Shown: positions 19,784 through 28,418, numbered from the stretch's first letter. The stretch: DNA of 64,000 nucleotides from an uncultured Defluviitaleaceae bacterium (GCA_964468805.1 CAYXWM010000005.1:8520-72519), one strand, 5' to 3'. A program made the numbers and translations. Notes: generated by a model not told the origin, from the sequence alone.

Positions 19784-19840
19784 AAAAAAAGGCTTATGAA
19801 ACCTTAAAACAGAAAAAGGTTCCACAAGCCGTTTAAATGA
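19784..19840. terminator. Bidirectional terminator between convergent DUF4157 gene and hydF
   Basis: The interrupted stem GGCTT..GAAACCTT / AAGGTTCC..AAGCC is flanked by A7 on the left and a T-rich run on the right. Confidence 0.6.
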
Positions 19841-19919
19841 TATTTTTCTTATTAAGTCCGCTCCAAGTTCAACAGTATACCGAAAACCCAACCGGGTAGG
19901 GTAACCGCAAATTCTGTTC

Positions 19920-21110
19920 TTAATAAACCAACTTATCCAATATCCCTGTTAACTTTGAAATCGCTACACCGTAATTGGTCATGGGTAGGTTTTTTTGCTT
20001 GCATAGGTTAATACGGGAAAGCATATATCTGCGGTTGAACATACAGGCTCCGCAATGAATAACCAAGGAATAGTTTTGGGATTCGTTTAAGAAATTCTTG
20101 CCTGTCGCTATTTCCGTAATTACTCCCGGCACCGCCTTGCTTAAAAGTTTAGGCAAGAGTATTCTGGCAATATCGCCGTCCAGAGGATTATGGGTACAGG
20201 CCTCAGCTATAAGTACTCTGTCGCCGGATTTCAAATTGTCTATGGCTGTAGCACCTTCTATAAAGGTTTCAATGTCGCCTTTGTAGCGAGCCATCAGTAC
20301 CGAAAAGGTTGTAAGAGGAACCTTTCCTTGAATTTTATCATAGACTTGTTTTACTACTTGAGAGTCACAGATTACCAAATCCCACAGTTGTTTTGACATT
20401 TCAAGACCTTCCGACAACATTTTGGCGGTTATCACAGTAACCAAACAATCGCCATCCAGCAAGTCTCTAATAACCTGCTGTTGGGGTAAAATAAGGCGTC
20501 CCTTGGGTGCTTGAATGTCTTGAGGAGCTACCAATAAAACATGGGCACCCTTTTCTACCAGATGTGTGGCTATTTCGGGCAATTCGAAATCAGTGGGTGC
20601 GTTTTCTATTATCAGACGTTGCAGTTCTCCCAAACCTTCGCCGGTAAGAGCACTGACGCTACATACGGGAATATTTAGCTTCTCGGACAAGTCTTTTGCA
20701 TATTCCTCGTTGTTTTCAAATAAATCACAGGCATTTACAGCCGCTACGGTAACGGTGCCTTGTTCTTTCGCGGATTCCAACCATTGCGTTTCAAAGCTTA
20801 AATCGCTGCCCTGTCTTAAAACCACAACAGCAACATCTGTATGTTTAAGAGCGTTTCGAGTTTGTTCTAGACGTGCTTCTCCCAGTACACCGGTATCGTC
20901 AAATCCTGCTGTGTCTATAAGAGCCACGGGTCCAAGAGGATGTAGTTCCATGGATTTTGTTACAGGGTCGGTGGTTGTACCCGGAATATCGGAGACTATG
21001 GCTACATTTTGATTGGCAAACCGATTCATTAACGACGATTTTCCGGCATTTCGCCTACCGAAAAAAGCTATATGCAATCTGTTTGCCTGAGGAGTATTTT
21101 GCAGAGACAT
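19920..21110 (-). CDS. hydF: [FeFe]-hydrogenase maturation GTPase HydF
   Basis: The P-loop GRRNAGKSSLMN, DTAG, and C-terminal cluster-binding CTHNP...HCGAC are present. It is adjacent to hydG. Confidence 0.9.
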   Translation of the reverse strand: MSLQNTPQANRLHIAFFGRRNAGKSSLMNRFANQNVAIVSDIPGTTTDPVTKSMELHPLGPVALIDTAGFDDTGVLGEARLEQTRNALKHTDVAVVVLRQGSDLSFETQWLESAKEQGTVTVAAVNACDLFENNEEYAKDLSEKLNIPVCSVSALTGEGLGELQRLIIENAPTDFELPEIATHLVEKGAHVLLVAPQDIQAPKGRLILPQQQVIRDLLDGDCLVTVITAKMLSEGLEMSKQLWDLVICDSQVVKQVYDKIQGKVPLTTFSVLMARYKGDIETFIEGATAIDNLKSGDRVLIAEACTHNPLDGDIARILLPKLLSKAVPGVITEIATGKNFLNESQNYSLVIHCGACMFNRRYMLSRINLCKQKNLPMTNYGVAISKLTGILDKLVY

Positions 21111-21264
21111 TGTTATTCCTCCGTGGTGAGTGGTTTTAGTATTAGTGCCTTGAGGGAAAGAATCTTTTTTAACAGTAAAATAGATTCTCTCCCTTAACTT
21201 CCCTAATTATATCTTGATAACTTTCCATGATGTAATTTCGACGGGTCGGCTTTAAATAGTTAGT

Positions 21265-22668
21265 TTATACTCTGAAATCTCTTTCTCCGTTATCCATCAT
21301 TTCCAACCATAATTCGGCTTTTGCTCTCATGGTATTGTTATCTATGTAGTTTAGCTGATTTTCTATGAGTTTCAGACCGGCGACCTTTGTCTTTTCGTCT
21401 GCATAATCCAAGAGGTATTCTTTAAGAGTCAGTAGTGCATTAGGCAAACAAACGTTGGAGATTTGACCGGTTTTGGCAAGCCTCATAAATCTTTCGCCTG
21501 TTCTGCCTTCTCGGTAACAGGCTGTACAGAAGCTGGGAATGTAGCCTGAATCCGATAACATTGCCACCATATCGTTTAAGCTTCTGTGGTCGTGGATTTC
21601 GAACTGGGGTGCTTGGTTTACATTTAAACTGTATCCGCCCACTCCGGTTGCTGAACCGGCGGAGATTTGGGAAATACCCACTTTTAGAAGGTCGTCACGG
21701 AAATCGCCTTGTTCTCTGGTTGAAAGAATTAAACCGGTGTAAGGTACGGCACAGCGTAATACAGCGATTATTCGTTTAAATTCGTTGTCATTTACAAGAT
21801 GCGGAAATTCGTCGGTATTAACACCGGGAGCAGGGCAAATTCTGGGAACGCTCATGGTATGAGGCCCTACGCCGAAGGTATCCGATAAATGCTCGGCATG
21901 CATAAGCATAGCCACTGTTTCGTACTTATAGTCGTAAAGTCCGAAAAGCACCCCAACGCCCACATCATCCACTCCGCCTTCCATGGCTCTGTCCATGGCT
22001 TCGGTATGGTAGCTATATCTGTGTTTGGGGCCTGCTTTGTGAAACTTCTTATATGTAGGTTTGTGATAGGATTCTTGAAACAAGATATATGTACCTATGC
22101 CGGCATCCTTTAATTTTGCGTAATTTTCCACGGTTGTTGCCGCAATGTTTACATTTACACGTCTGATTTCACCATGTTCCGTTTTTACGGAATAAATGGT
22201 CTTTATGGATTCGAGGACGTAATCTATGGGGCAATTCACCGGGTCCTCTCCGGTTTCCAAGGCAAGACGTTTGTGTCCCATACGTTGCAAGGCTTCTACC
22301 TCTTTTTTGATTTCCTCTTGGGTAAGCTTTCTTCGGCTTGTCTTGTTTGAACAACGATAACCACAGTATCCGCATTCATTTACGCAATAATCGGAAAGAT
22401 ACAAAGGTGCAAACATTACTATTCTGTTACCGTAAATTTTATTTTTAATGCTTGAAGCTACTGAACAAATTTGTTCTTCAAACTTCTCATCAGCCGCCAA
22501 CAATACGGCAGCCTCTCTATGGGTTAAGCCGCCAAACAATGCAGCTTTGTTCAGTATACTTTGAACCGTTTCTTCATCTTTACCTGCCTCTTGGGCGTAT
22601 TTTAGGGTTTCAAGGATTTCACTGTCGCTGATAAATTCTTCGGCGGTTTTGGATTTGGAGTTATACAT
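21265..22668 (-). CDS. hydG: [FeFe]-hydrogenase maturase HydG (radical-SAM tyrosine lyase)
   Basis: The radical-SAM motif CVNECGYCGY and C-terminal auxiliary-cluster region CTACYREGRTG are present. Confidence 0.9.
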   Translation of the reverse strand: MYNSKSKTAEEFISDSEILETLKYAQEAGKDEETVQSILNKAALFGGLTHREAAVLLAADEKFEEQICSVASSIKNKIYGNRIVMFAPLYLSDYCVNECGYCGYRCSNKTSRRKLTQEEIKKEVEALQRMGHKRLALETGEDPVNCPIDYVLESIKTIYSVKTEHGEIRRVNVNIAATTVENYAKLKDAGIGTYILFQESYHKPTYKKFHKAGPKHRYSYHTEAMDRAMEGGVDDVGVGVLFGLYDYKYETVAMLMHAEHLSDTFGVGPHTMSVPRICPAPGVNTDEFPHLVNDNEFKRIIAVLRCAVPYTGLILSTREQGDFRDDLLKVGISQISAGSATGVGGYSLNVNQAPQFEIHDHRSLNDMVAMLSDSGYIPSFCTACYREGRTGERFMRLAKTGQISNVCLPNALLTLKEYLLDYADEKTKVAGLKLIENQLNYIDNNTMRAKAELWLEMMDNGERDFRV

Positions 22669-22834
22669 TTTTTCACCTCATGGTCGATTATGGTTAATTG
22701 TTCTTTAGATAGCACCGTTATTAAATTTCAAGTAGATAACTAAACATCTAAAATTATTTCAAATTAATCATTATAAAAGAAAATCTTTAAATGTAACAAA
22801 ATATATACCCTAACCCTAAACCGACGATTTTTAA

Positions 22835-23089
22835 TTATTCAGCGTTATCCGGAGCATAGGTTACTTTTGCAACCACATTTTTAATTCTGCCCAGTTTTCC
22901 CGAAAGACCGCTGATTATGGGTTGCGGTGCATCCACCACAACGGTAATTACGTTTTTTTCGAATTTCGGGCAGGGCAATCCAAAACGTCCGATAATTATA
23001 TCGCCGTGAGTATGAAGCAATTCGTTTACGGCATCGGCACTGTCTCTGCCTGAAAGTATAAGGCTTATTACGGCAAGTCTGTGATTCAT
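22835..23089 (-). CDS. TM1266-family putative iron-only-hydrogenase system regulator (84 aa, ACT/NikR-C-like, no HTH)
   Basis: Size, the sequence (MNHRLAVISLIL...VITVVVDAP...) and its position directly upstream of hydG/hydF match the TM1266 family as I remember it. Confidence 0.7.
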   Translation of the reverse strand: MNHRLAVISLILSGRDSADAVNELLHTHGDIIIGRFGLPCPKFEKNVITVVVDAPQPIISGLSGKLGRIKNVVAKVTYAPDNAE

Positions 23090-23103
23090 GATAAACTCCT
23101 TTT

Positions 23104-23133
23104 AAAATAAAATAAAACCCTCCGCATGGAGGG
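23104..23133 (-). terminator. Leader terminator 2 (proximal unit)
   Basis: The structure is CCCUCC-AUGC-GGAGGG followed by UUUUAUUUUAUUUU. It ends about 14 nt before the RBS of the TM1266-family gene. Confidence 0.8.
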
Positions 23134-23204
23134 TAAAAATTGTACGCAAAAAAAGCATAACAAAAATCAACCTACCTTGCTGCTCGGAAAACTTTGGAGG
23201 ATGC

Positions 23205-23232
23205 AAAAAACCCTCCTTATATACAAGGAGGG
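23205..23232 (-). terminator. Leader terminator 1 (distal unit)
   Basis: The structure is CCCUCCUU-GUAUAU-AAGGAGGG followed by U6. Confidence 0.8.
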
Positions 23233-23359
23233 TGTAAATTGCACGACAAAAAAGTTATGCATTCAGACCTACCTTGCTGCTCGGGAAAAACCTTGCCGTC
23301 AGGTGTTGGGATAATATATTAAATTGTTATGAAAACGAAAGGATAATTTGTATAAGTTT

Positions 23360-23388
23360 ATAGTAACACTTTACAGGTATTTAGTCAA
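23360..23388 (-). promoter_or_regulatory. Sigma-A-type promoter for the hyd leader
   Basis: The elements are TTGACT, a 17-nt spacer, and TACTAT with an upstream TGn. Confidence 0.6.
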
Positions 23389-23433
23389 CCTATTTCATAA
23401 TGCGGTGATGCAATTTATTGTATAATCATGAGT

Positions 23434-23476
23434 AAAAAACCAAAGCTTGACACATTCTCGGCAATATGTCAAGCTT
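23434..23476 (-). terminator. Intrinsic terminator after dpaB
   Basis: A 10-bp stem AAGCTTGACA / TGTCAAGCTT is followed on the minus strand by GGTTTTTT. Confidence 0.75.
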
Positions 23477-23481
23477 TTCGA

Positions 23482-24063
23482 TTATTTTATAAGCATAGGT
23501 TGAAACTGTTTCCCAACCAGTGCTTCGCAAACAGTATCTATCAGTTTTTTTTCGTCCAAAACCAGTGACTTTTCTTTATTTACAGGGTCGTCTTGTCCGA
23601 AGGGTATAAAGAAGAAATTTTTTGTGTTAAGCAACAATCCCAAATTTTTGGCACCGGCTCCCAAACCATCGTTTGTGGATATACCTATTACCACGGGTAA
23701 ATTATTACGTAAGTGAGCTTTTACAGCCATAGTAACCGGTGTATCGGTTATGCCGTTTGCCAGCTTTGCCATAGTATTGCCGGTACAGGGAGCCACAACC
23801 ATAATATCAAACAATTTTTTTGGTCCTATGGGTTCGGCCAATTGAATAGTATTTATTACTTCGTTTCCGGTAATGTCTTGTAAGACCGTTTTTGTATCCT
23901 GAGCGTTAATAAACCTGGTATCGCATTGGTCAACACTGTTTGAAATTATGGGAGTAACAATAGCGCCTTCGTTTACGAGATTTACTATTTCTTTAAAAAC
24001 TTTAATAAATGTACAGAAAGAGCCGGTCACACAAAATCCTATTTTGATATTTTCCAGCCTCAT
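23482..24063 (-). CDS. dpaB: Dipicolinate synthase subunit B
   Basis: The flavoprotein-like N-terminus IGFCVTGSFCTF is present. GGAGG lies 8 nt upstream. It is downstream of dpaA. Confidence 0.85.
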   Translation of the reverse strand: MRLENIKIGFCVTGSFCTFIKVFKEIVNLVNEGAIVTPIISNSVDQCDTRFINAQDTKTVLQDITGNEVINTIQLAEPIGPKKLFDIMVVAPCTGNTMAKLANGITDTPVTMAVKAHLRNNLPVVIGISTNDGLGAGAKNLGLLLNTKNFFFIPFGQDDPVNKEKSLVLDEKKLIDTVCEALVGKQFQPMLIK

Positions 24064-24265
24064 AAGCAGCCCTCCAAATCACATTTCGGCTTCAAGTCCG
24101 GTTGTTTTATAAAATGTCATTGCCGAAAATGCCGCTGATACGACATTATACTTAACGGAGTATTCTTCGCCAAGTATAAACAACAATGCCGATAATACCA
24201 ATTCTTCAAGAACCGGTATAAAGTTACTATTACAAGCGGGTTGCCTTCGGGAGTTTTGCTTTGGT

Positions 24266-25129
24266 TTACATATCCTTTAAAATACTGTAGATGGTATCTT
24301 TTATATAGTGACCTACAGTTGCCGGAGCAACCTTACCCGGCAAGGAATTTGCATACAACACGTTTAATCCGAAATCCTTGCTGTGCTCGAAGTTTACTCC
24401 AAAAGGTGTGGAAGCCAGGTCTATGATTAAACAATTTTTGTTTATATACTTCATATTAGCGTTGTAAAGCAACATCTTCGGTACAGTATTGAAAATAATG
24501 TTCATATTTCCCAAGTGATCGGTTAATTTTTCTACGTCTACCGCCTGATAGCCGTAGCCGGAGGCAAGAGCGGCTTTGTCATATCCGTTTACAGCCATAT
24601 AAACGTTTGCTCCTATGCCCTGCAACATTTTTCCCAGAATTTTTCCTATTCGCCCAAAACCGATTATCATGACATTACTGCTGTGCAAGGTAAAATCGGT
24701 GTTTTGCATTGCTATTTGTATTGCTCCTTCGGCTGTGGGAATAGCGTTTAATATGGAAAGTTCTTCTTTTTTCAAAACATCTACAATATTAACCTGAAAA
24801 CGCTCCGCCAATTCCACCAATTCACTTTTTATATAGCCCGCAAAAAATATTTGGTGTTTTTTTATCAGCCGGAACAAATCTTCAGCGGATATATTGTCAT
24901 TTTCATATGGCATGTTTAATAACAGTCCGTCGTTGCTTGCCGGTATTCCGCCTATAATATAGTCCGCACCGTCAATTGTCTCGTACAACCCGCTTTGTCT
25001 ATACAAACCATCGCTGTCATATTTGGAAAAACCGAATAGTTTTACCGTATGTCCATCTTGCTTCAACTCGTTGGCAAGGTAATAATTTCGCTTGTCTCCG
25101 CCTATAATTGCAAACTTTTTGCTCTCCAA
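24266..25129 (-). CDS. dpaA: Dipicolinate synthase subunit A
   Basis: The Rossmann motif IIGFGRIGK is present, with overall SpoVFA-like organisation. Confidence 0.85.
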   Translation of the reverse strand: MESKKFAIIGGDKRNYYLANELKQDGHTVKLFGFSKYDSDGLYRQSGLYETIDGADYIIGGIPASNDGLLLNMPYENDNISAEDLFRLIKKHQIFFAGYIKSELVELAERFQVNIVDVLKKEELSILNAIPTAEGAIQIAMQNTDFTLHSSNVMIIGFGRIGKILGKMLQGIGANVYMAVNGYDKAALASGYGYQAVDVEKLTDHLGNMNIIFNTVPKMLLYNANMKYINKNCLIIDLASTPFGVNFEHSKDFGLNVLYANSLPGKVAPATVGHYIKDTIYSILKDM

Positions 25130-25156
25130 CTCAATCCCTCCAAATTAACTCTAATT

Positions 25157-25184
25157 CATTTTATGTACATACTTTTCGATTGGT
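25157..25184 (-). promoter_or_regulatory. Possible SigK-type promoter for dpaA-dpaB
   Basis: On the minus strand AC, 17 nt, then CATAaaaTG approximates the SigK consensus AC-17-CATAnnnTA. In Bacillus spoVF is SigK-dependent. Confidence 0.35.
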
Positions 25185-25242
25185 GTCATGTTGGCCGGGT
25201 TTGTTTTTGGGGTTTTGGGTTGCTTTTACGGCAAAATTTAAT

Positions 25243-25270
25243 AAAAAAAAGGCAACCCAAAGGGGTTACC
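25243..25270 (-). terminator. Intrinsic terminator after the amino-acid ABC operon
   Basis: On the minus strand GGTAACCC-CTTT-GGGTTGCC is followed by T8. Confidence 0.8.
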
Positions 25271-25315
25271 ATAAGTTAAATTTTTGATTCGGTTGGTTCT
25301 TTTGTTCTGTTAATA

Positions 25316-26227
25316 TTAATCCAATATACCGCCCTCTATAACCAAGTTTTCGGGATTTACGGTTTCTCCGTAAACATGGGCAAGGGTTTCATTGAAATTT
25401 TTATGGAAAAACTCTTCTTGTCCCAAAGCGGTAATTTCTTCGTTTAACCAATTTAAAAGCTCTGTATTGCCTTTTTGAACCGCCGGTGCTATGGTATCAA
25501 TATTACCCAAGGATTCTACGCCTACTTTAAATCCTTTGTTCTCCATTGCCCAAGCCAATACTTCCGTGTTGTCTGTGGAAAGAGCTTCTCCTCTGCCGTC
25601 AAGTAAGGCATTGAAGGCTTCGGAATATTGGTCAAATTTTAAGAGTTTTACGTCCGGATAATTTTTAGTGAAGTAGGTTTCTGCGGTTGTTCCTTTGGAA
25701 ACAATAAGAGTTTTGCCGTTTAGTTGAGCCGGGTCAGTAACCGGTGAGGTTTCCGGTGATACGATACCTAATGCAACTTTCATGTAAGGAAGCGCAAAAT
25801 CAACCTTTTCTGCTCTTTCATCTGTTACGGTGAAATTAGCCAGAATAATATCTACCTTTCCGGTAACCAAATACTCTACCCTACTTGCAGGTTCTACGGA
25901 AATCAATTCCAATTCAACGCCCAAATCTTCAGCGATTCTGTTGGCAAAGTATATATCGTAACCTTGATAATCGCCGTTTTCATCCACATAACCAAAGGGT
26001 TTCTTATCGCTGAAAACGCCTATAATAACTTTACCGCTTGTTTTGATTTGTTCAGGGGTTCTTGCAAGAGTTTTGTCTGAGGATTTGGTTCCCGAATCGG
26101 CTGAATCTATCTTTAGATTATCTGCTTTAGGCTCGGAATCTCCTTTAGGTTGGGAATTATTGCATGCGGTCATAATACCTGCAACCAATAATAAGGTAAG
26201 TAATGTTGATAAAAATTTAATCTTCAT
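25316..26227 (-). CDS. Amino-acid ABC transporter substrate-binding lipoprotein
   Basis: The signal peptide has a lipobox (LLVAGIMTAC). The type-3 SBP fold is suggested by FGYVDENGDYQGYDI. Confidence 0.85.
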   Translation of the reverse strand: MKIKFLSTLLTLLLVAGIMTACNNSQPKGDSEPKADNLKIDSADSGTKSSDKTLARTPEQIKTSGKVIIGVFSDKKPFGYVDENGDYQGYDIYFANRIAEDLGVELELISVEPASRVEYLVTGKVDIILANFTVTDERAEKVDFALPYMKVALGIVSPETSPVTDPAQLNGKTLIVSKGTTAETYFTKNYPDVKLLKFDQYSEAFNALLDGRGEALSTDNTEVLAWAMENKGFKVGVESLGNIDTIAPAVQKGNTELLNWLNEEITALGQEEFFHKNFNETLAHVYGETVNPENLVIEGGILD

Positions 26228-26240
26228 AATTTATTTCTCC

Positions 26241-26972
26241 TTAATTATAATTAAATATATTTAAAAACTTTTTCGCCCGCTCCGTCTTGGGATTTGAGAA
26301 AAACTCCTCAGGAGAGGTTATTTCTGCGATACGTCCTTCATCCATAAACACGATTTTATCGGCTATGGCTTTGGCAAACTGCATTTCGTGGGTTACTATA
26401 ATCATGGTCATTCCGCCTTTGGCAAGCTCCATGATTACGTTTAAAACTTCTCTGACCATTTCCGGGTCTAAGGAAGCGGTAACTTCATCAAAAAGCATGA
26501 TTTCCGGGTTCATGATCAGTGCTCTTAAAATTGCCACCCGTTGCTTTTGCCCTCCGGATAATTCCCTCGGGTAGGCGTTTTTCTTATCGGAAAGCCCCAG
26601 GCCTGCAAGCAAGTTCTCCGCTGTTTTTATACAATCCTCCGGTCTTACCTTTTGGACTTTTGTAGGTCCAAGCAATAGATTTTGCATAACTGTCATATTG
26701 GGAAACAAATCATAGCTTTGAAATACCATACCTATTTGCTGTCTGACTTTTCTCCAGTCGGTGGATTTTTCGGTAAGATTTATACCTCGCAACTTTATTT
26801 CTCCGCCGTTTTCAATGGATTCAAGACCGTTAATACATCGCAGTAAGGTGCTTTTTCCGCAGCCCGATGGACCTATTATAACTGTAACTTCACCTTGCTT
26901 TACATTGAAAGAGATATCCTTTAAAATAAAATTATCGCCAAACTTCTTATATAAATTATTTATTTCAAGCAA
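26241..26972 (-). CDS. Amino-acid ABC transporter ATP-binding protein
   Basis: Walker A GPSGCGKST, signature LSGGQKQRV and Walker B MLFDE are present. Confidence 0.9.
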   Translation of the reverse strand: MLEINNLYKKFGDNFILKDISFNVKQGEVTVIIGPSGCGKSTLLRCINGLESIENGGEIKLRGINLTEKSTDWRKVRQQIGMVFQSYDLFPNMTVMQNLLLGPTKVQKVRPEDCIKTAENLLAGLGLSDKKNAYPRELSGGQKQRVAILRALIMNPEIMLFDEVTASLDPEMVREVLNVIMELAKGGMTMIIVTHEMQFAKAIADKIVFMDEGRIAEITSPEEFFSNPKTERAKKFLNIFNYN

Positions 26973-26983
26973 TTTTTTTCACC

Positions 26984-27661
26984 TCACTCACTTTGACTTT
27001 TCTCAAGCTTCCTTGCCACCAAGGATATGGGGTAGCAGACCGCAAAGTACAGAAGGAACACGGCAGCATATATCCATAGGGCTGACGTCGGCACAGTAAA
27101 TCTTGAAGCTTCGATAATTTGCTGTCCCACTTTCAGTACTTCTATTACTCCGATTAAGGCAACAAGGGATGTGGTTTTAATGATTCTAGTGGTAAGATTG
27201 ATAGCGTTGGGAATAAGGCGTTTTATGGTTTGTGGGATTATAATATAGCGGTAAATTTGTACGGTACTCAAGCCTAGGGATTTTCCGCTTTCAAATTGGT
27301 GCTTGGGAACAGATATAATTGCAGACCTTACCAAATCGCCCATTTCAGCTGTTGCCCAAAACACGAATACTATTATTGCGGAAACCTCACCGGGCAAATT
27401 TATTCTAAATCCCTTGGTTACACCGAAATAAACCAAAAACAACAATACAAGTTGAGGCATTATTCTCACAAAATTTATGTATAGCCCCGTTAACAACTTT
27501 ATCACAGGATTTTTTCGGGTCATAATCAACCCAAGCAATATACCCAATATTACGGAAATACCTACAGATAACAGCGAAATTCTTACCGTTACCCATAAAC
27601 CCTCCAATAATCGCATAAAATTGTTGCCCTGAAACAATACATTAATGCCCGTATCCTGCAT
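26984..27661 (-). CDS. Amino-acid ABC transporter permease
   Basis: This is a polytopic HisM/HisQ-type permease in an operon with the ATPase and SBP. Confidence 0.85.
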   Translation of the reverse strand: MQDTGINVLFQGNNFMRLLEGLWVTVRISLLSVGISVILGILLGLIMTRKNPVIKLLTGLYINFVRIMPQLVLLFLVYFGVTKGFRINLPGEVSAIIVFVFWATAEMGDLVRSAIISVPKHQFESGKSLGLSTVQIYRYIIIPQTIKRLIPNAINLTTRIIKTTSLVALIGVIEVLKVGQQIIEASRFTVPTSALWIYAAVFLLYFAVCYPISLVARKLEKSQSE

Positions 27662-28310
27662 ACCTAACCCTCCTTTCTATAAACCCGGAAATAAGGGATA
27701 TAGGTAAAAGCAACAACAAATAAGACATTACCAACATGAACAAGGCTTCATCGGTTTTGTAATATAACCCGATTAAGTCTTTCGCCACAAACATTAAATC
27801 AGCCAAGGCAACTGCACTGAAAACAGAGGTTTCCTTAATTAAGAAAATTATGTTTGCACAAACAGCAGGTACTGAAACCGATATTGCTTGGGGTATTACT
27901 ACAAATCTTAAAATCTGTCGTAAGTTCATGCCCAAACAAAGCCCGGATTCATATTGCCTTTTTTCAACGGATTCAAGACCGCTTCTAAAAGCCTCTGCCA
28001 TGTAACCGCCGCCCAAAAAACTTAACCCTATAATCCCGCATAATTCAGAGTCTAAGACTATGCCTATCTTCGGCAATCCAAAATACAGAAAAAATAACTG
28101 TATCAATAAGGGTGTATTTCTGGATAATTCTATATAAAGCCCGGTAACCTGTTTCAGAATAGGTATTCTGCAGTACCGGATAATGCTACAAACTATGCCT
28201 GTTATTATGGAAAAAAATATTCCTATAGCAGCAATCTTCCCTGTTAAAACAGCAGCTTCCAAATACATGGGAGCAAACTCGATCATAAAGTTCCAATCCA
28301 TAATAACCAT
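27642..28310 (-). CDS. Amino-acid ABC transporter permease
   Basis: This is a second HisM/HisQ-type permease. It overlaps the next permease by 20 nt. Confidence 0.85.
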   Translation of the reverse strand: MVIMDWNFMIEFAPMYLEAAVLTGKIAAIGIFFSIITGIVCSIIRYCRIPILKQVTGLYIELSRNTPLLIQLFFLYFGLPKIGIVLDSELCGIIGLSFLGGGYMAEAFRSGLESVEKRQYESGLCLGMNLRQILRFVVIPQAISVSVPAVCANIIFLIKETSVFSAVALADLMFVAKDLIGLYYKTDEALFMLVMSYLLLLLPISLISGFIERRVRYAGYGH

Positions 28311-28418
28311 CCAGTCTAGTATTCATATATGTTTAGTATGATTTTATACGTAGGATTATTATTTGTCAATACATTTTGTATTCCATTCAAAAATAATTTA
28401 CAATTGAAATTTTCGCAT

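Larger units (their letters stand above)
23090..23352 (-). promoter_or_regulatory. Tandemly duplicated leader (two ~95-nt units, each a conserved 18-nt box plus intrinsic terminator) upstream of the TM1266-family gene / hydG / hydF
   Basis: The identical box CCGAGCAGCAAGGUAGGU (RNA sense) occurs at + strand 23170-23187 and 23267-23284. Each is followed after ~35 nt by a GC-rich hairpin and a U-run. The class is unknown. Confidence 0.7.

Noticed and set aside
23100-23270. Leader-peptide ORFs inside the hyd leader. One runs 31 aa from an AUG just after the distal box. Another runs 18 aa from an AUG after the proximal box.
   Set aside because: Both are Phe-rich only because they read through U-tracts. 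The peptides are not similar to each other, although the RNA units are. The box GGUAGG is only SD-like. I keep this as a minor alternative but do not call them as genes.
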